Below, piece after piece: positions 29,318-32,000 of a stretch of DNA of 32,000 nt (position 1 is its first letter; the number at the start of each line of letters is the position of its first letter). The notes beneath the pieces were generated by a model that saw only the letters and a program-made list of their open reading frames with translations, was not told where the DNA came from and made no database searches. Made by a program: the position numbers and the translations under genes. The DNA comes from Dickeya dadantii NCPPB 898 (GTDB taxonomy: Bacteria > Pseudomonadota > Gammaproteobacteria > Enterobacterales > Enterobacteriaceae), in the NCBI RefSeq assembly GCF_000406145.1, contig NZ_CM001976.1, forward strand, positions 2,323,543 to 2,355,542, given 5' to 3'.

Positions 29318-29779
29318 ATGTATAAAAAAGTTTTGCTTTCACTGAGTTTGCTCAGTGCTGTCGCCACTTCCCAGGCTTATGCAGCCAACACCGAAACCTG
29401 TGTCAAGACTGACGAGAAAGCTATCGCCAGTCTGTTTGATCGCTGGAATGCATCGCTGCAGACCGGTGATGCCAAGAAAGTTAACGCCAATTATGCCGCC
29501 GATGCAGTATTACTGCCGACGCTGTCTGGAAAAATGCGGACAACAGATGCTGAACGTATTGATTACTTTGAGCATTTCTTACCGAAAAAGCCTGTTGGTA
29601 AAATTGATAACCGCGTTATCAAAATCGGTTGTAACGAAGCATTGGATATCGGTAACTACACCTTTACCTTTGGCGATGATAATTCACAGGCTAAAGCGCG
29701 TTACACCTATACCTATGCCTTCAGCGATGGCAAATGGTTGATTACCAGCCATCACTCGTCTGTACGGCCGCAGGACTGA
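29318..29779 (+). CDS. Periplasmic NTF2-like protein (SnoaL / DUF4440 / CaMKII-association-domain-like fold)
   Basis: 153 aa. It has the signal peptide MYKKVLLSLSLLSAVATSQAYA|AN and a GAGGGA SD. The pattern W..A...GD......YA.DAVLLPT......R........YF..FL...P.G.I...........G.Y.F........A.ARYT..Y....GKW.I..HHSS..P is characteristic of bacterial CaMKII-AD-like NTF2 proteins; this is from memory and needs an HMM check. Confidence 0.78.
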   Translation: MYKKVLLSLSLLSAVATSQAYAANTETCVKTDEKAIASLFDRWNASLQTGDAKKVNANYAADAVLLPTLSGKMRTTDAERIDYFEHFLPKKPVGKIDNRVIKIGCNEALDIGNYTFTFGDDNSQAKARYTYTYAFSDGKWLITSHHSSVRPQD

Positions 29780-29816
29780 TTATACCGGGATAGCGTACGA
29801 TAACGCTGTCTGTGTG

Positions 29817-29849
29817 AAAAAAAGCGGATACCAGTGGTATCCGCTTTTT
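29817..29849. terminator. Bidirectional rho-independent terminator between the NTF2-like gene and add
   Basis: aaaaaaa-gcggatacc-agt-ggtatccgc-ttttt forms a perfect 9-bp stem with an A-run upstream and a T-run downstream. Confidence 0.8.
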
Positions 29850-29871
29850 GCGTAATGGCGTCAGGCCGGCG

Positions 29872-30897
29872 TTATCCGGCTGGTATGGCTTGCTGTTGCT
29901 GTACCCGCTGGCGCAACAACTGTTTCTCCTGTTCGGAGATAAATGCAATACGCAGCCCGTTTTCCTGAGCCTGACGGATATCCTCCGGCAACAGACCGGC
30001 CTGTGGGGCGGCGACCTCATACTCATGACGAATTTCGATGCCCTGAACCGCCGGATCGTCGGTATTGATGGTGGCTGGAATACCGTGGCGCAAAAAATGC
30101 ACCAGCGGATGTTCGTTCATCGCTTTTACCGTGCTGGTTTGCAGGTTGGAAGTCAGGCAGGACTCGATGCCAATCTGGTGTTCGGCCATGTATTCCATTA
30201 ACGAGCGATCGACAATGGCGGTCACGCCGTGGCCGATGCGTTCGGCCCCCAGTTGCTTAATCGCCTGCCAGATGCTTTCCGGACCAGCGGCCTCGCCGGC
30301 ATGGGTGGTGAGGTGCCAGCCTGCATCTCGGGCGCGGGTAAAGTGGGTGGTGAACAATTCGCCGGGGAAGCCAAGCTCATCACCCGCCAGATCGATGGCG
30401 ACGATATGGTCTTTGTGGGCCAGCAGTGCGTTCAGTTCCTGTTCACAAGCCTGAGTACCAAAGGTGCGGCTCATGATGCCGATCAGGCGTATCATGACGT
30501 CGTGGTTATGGTCGCGGCAGCCCGCTGCGATGCCGTCGATCACCGCTTCTACTACGCCTTCCAGCGGTAGTTGATGACTACGGGCCATGTAGTAGGGGGA
30601 AAAGCGCAGTTCAGCATAATCCAGTCCGGCACGTATGGCGTCTTCAACGTTTTCGTAAGCCACCCGGCGACAGGCATCCAGCGATCCCAGAACGGCCACT
30701 CCCCAGTCCAGTTTTTGCAGAAAACGTAGTAGGTCAGGTTCATTGTCGACGATCTGGACATGAGGGCGCAGTGAAGCCAGGTCGTGACCCGGCAGGTCGA
30801 TAGTAAACTGGCGGCCCAATTCAAGGATGGTCTGAGGACGAATATTACCATCAAGATGGCGATGGATATCCGTCAGCGGAATGTGCGGATTAATCAT
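29872..30897 (-). CDS. add: Adenosine deaminase
   Basis: 341 aa. [47 protein letters not shown] and INTDDP metal and catalytic motifs are present. It is collinear with E. coli Add. Confidence 0.96.
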   Translation of the reverse strand: MINPHIPLTDIHRHLDGNIRPQTILELGRQFTIDLPGHDLASLRPHVQIVDNEPDLLRFLQKLDWGVAVLGSLDACRRVAYENVEDAIRAGLDYAELRFSPYYMARSHQLPLEGVVEAVIDGIAAGCRDHNHDVMIRLIGIMSRTFGTQACEQELNALLAHKDHIVAIDLAGDELGFPGELFTTHFTRARDAGWHLTTHAGEAAGPESIWQAIKQLGAERIGHGVTAIVDRSLMEYMAEHQIGIESCLTSNLQTSTVKAMNEHPLVHFLRHGIPATINTDDPAVQGIEIRHEYEVAAPQAGLLPEDIRQAQENGLRIAFISEQEKQLLRQRVQQQQAIPAG

Positions 30898-31159
30898 GTT
30901 TTACTCTTTTATTATTAAGAAAATCCATCAGCAGGCGGTATTCCTCATGATGCTGGCATGGCACCGCCGCACCGCGAGGGTCAGGGGCTGATAACTTGTT
31001 GTGCAGTATAAGAATAAAGTTACGTATATTTCTATTGATAAAAAGAAATTTTCGTATCAAGGGCGAGATTACGCAGGTTACGCTCAGACGTGCAAATACC
31101 GCCAGCTCGGATATTTCGGATATATTGACGGGCTGGCGTCATCCTATGCGAGCAGTTAA

Positions 31160-32000
31160 TTATCTGGAAGATCGGTTAAATGGTGCATTGGCAAGAATGA
31201 CACCCAACGTAATGACGACGACGCCAAAGACATTAGGCAAAGAAAAACGCTCTCCAAGCAACGGAACAGCGAGTAAATAGGCTAGCGCTGGACATAACGA
31301 CCCTATCAGCGCACTGCGGTTTGGCCCGAGTTTCTGCACGGCAACCGTATAACTCAAGCTGGAAATAATCCCCGTACCCAATCCTTGTATCAGCAGGAAA
31401 GGCAGCATCTCGTGCAAAGTGACGCGACTGAGATGCGATTCGACAACGCCTGTCGTCATTAAACCAAGCAACAGCAAGGCGGATGGGAGACTGAGCAACA
31501 AGACGCATCCTATCGTATCGAGTCCACTTCGACGAATCGCCAGCGTATAGCCACCCCACAAAAGACTGGCCAAAAGCAGCATGGCGCTGCCGCTAATCAT
31601 GGTTGCACTGAATCCCGGCAAGACCATGGAGACGACACCTACCAAAATAAGCAGAATGGCACGCAATTGTGTCGTGCCGACGCGATGTCGAAACAGGACA
31701 AAAGCTAACAAGGCGACTGAAAGGGGTGACGTGCCGGCGATCAAAGCGGCGACATGCGCGGCTGTCGTTAAGTGGCCGCCTAGCGATGCGATAAAGAAAT
31801 AGGGGACGCCGCCGCCGACAAGTACGGCGATGATTTCACGTGGGCGAAGGTTTGATAGTTGATACAGGCGCGCGGGGAGCCAGGGTAACAACAGCAGGGC
31901 AGGTATGCCAAACCGGAACAGCGCAACGTCGGCAATGGACAGTGGCGAAGCACTAATGGCCCTGATGGAAACTGCGAATAGCGACCACGCTATCACGGCG
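31160..32000 (-). CDS. EamA/DMT-superfamily transporter; the 5' end probably lies outside the window
   Basis: A polytopic hydrophobic protein of at least 278 aa, with an arrangement consistent with two EamA-like repeats. The frame stays open to the window edge upstream of the tracked GTG at 31996. Confidence 0.8.
   Translation of the reverse strand, partial: AVIAWSLFAVSIRAISASPLSIADVALFRFGIPALLLLPWLPARLYQLSNLRPREIIAVLVGGGVPYFFIASLGGHLTTAAHVAALIAGTSPLSVALLAFVLFRHRVGTTQLRAILLILVGVVSMVLPGFSATMISGSAMLLLASLLWGGYTLAIRRSGLDTIGCVLLLSLPSALLLLGLMTTGVVESHLSRVTLHEMLPFLLIQGLGTGIISSLSYTVAVQKLGPNRSALIGSLCPALAYLLAVPLLGERFSLPNVFGVVVITLGVILANAPFNRSSR

Noticed and set aside
31107-31124. Tandem 9-bp repeat TCGGATATT/TCGGATATA downstream of the EamA-family gene
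   Set aside because: There are only two copies, with no associated structure or gene. It is too short to interpret.
30996-31280. 94-aa plus-strand ORF in the add/EamA spacer
   Set aside because: It overlaps the 3' end of the EamA-family gene on the other strand. It starts with a non-ATG codon, has no SD, and its composition is Arg/Lys-rich and AT-driven.

Overview
This window looks like an enterobacterial chromosome segment. Protein similarity to E. coli K-12 and the moderately high GC suggest a Pectobacteriaceae-type genome such as Dickeya or Brenneria, but that taxon call is inference only. Almost all of it is conserved housekeeping DNA in three blocks. Block 1 (1-11.2 kb) is yciO'-rluB / btuR-yciK / sohB / yciN / topA / cysB, in the same order as E. 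coli K-12 as I recall it. Two differences stand out: yciQ is absent between yciO and rluB, and a low-GC islet of about 2.2 kb with two genes sits between sohB and yciN. Block 2 (11.2-18 kb, minus strand) is the tightly coupled rsxABCDGE-nth operon followed by cnu, with no ydgK. Block 3 (18.4-32 kb) is a compact L-arabinose locus: araBA is divergent from araFGH, araC follows araH on the same strand, and no araD is adjacent. It continues with ydgJ, a yfeH-like transporter gene, a periplasmic NTF2-like gene, add, and a partial EamA/DMT transporter gene. I found no tRNA or rRNA genes, CRISPR arrays, IS elements, integrases or prophage genes. I did not find a convincing new multi-gene system. The only unassignable coding content is the sohB-yciN islet, which holds a Cys-free, Ser/Thr/Gln/Ala-rich 163-aa protein and a Sec-signal 197-aa four-cysteine protein. 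The two genes are convergent, and each has a very AT-rich upstream region. Other points worth a second look are the ara locus architecture (missing araD, araC placed after araH), repeat motifs in the rsxA-cnu spacer, and several small regulatory-looking repeats and hairpins. All family assignments come from reading the translated ORFs against remembered E. coli homologues and motifs; no database search was run.
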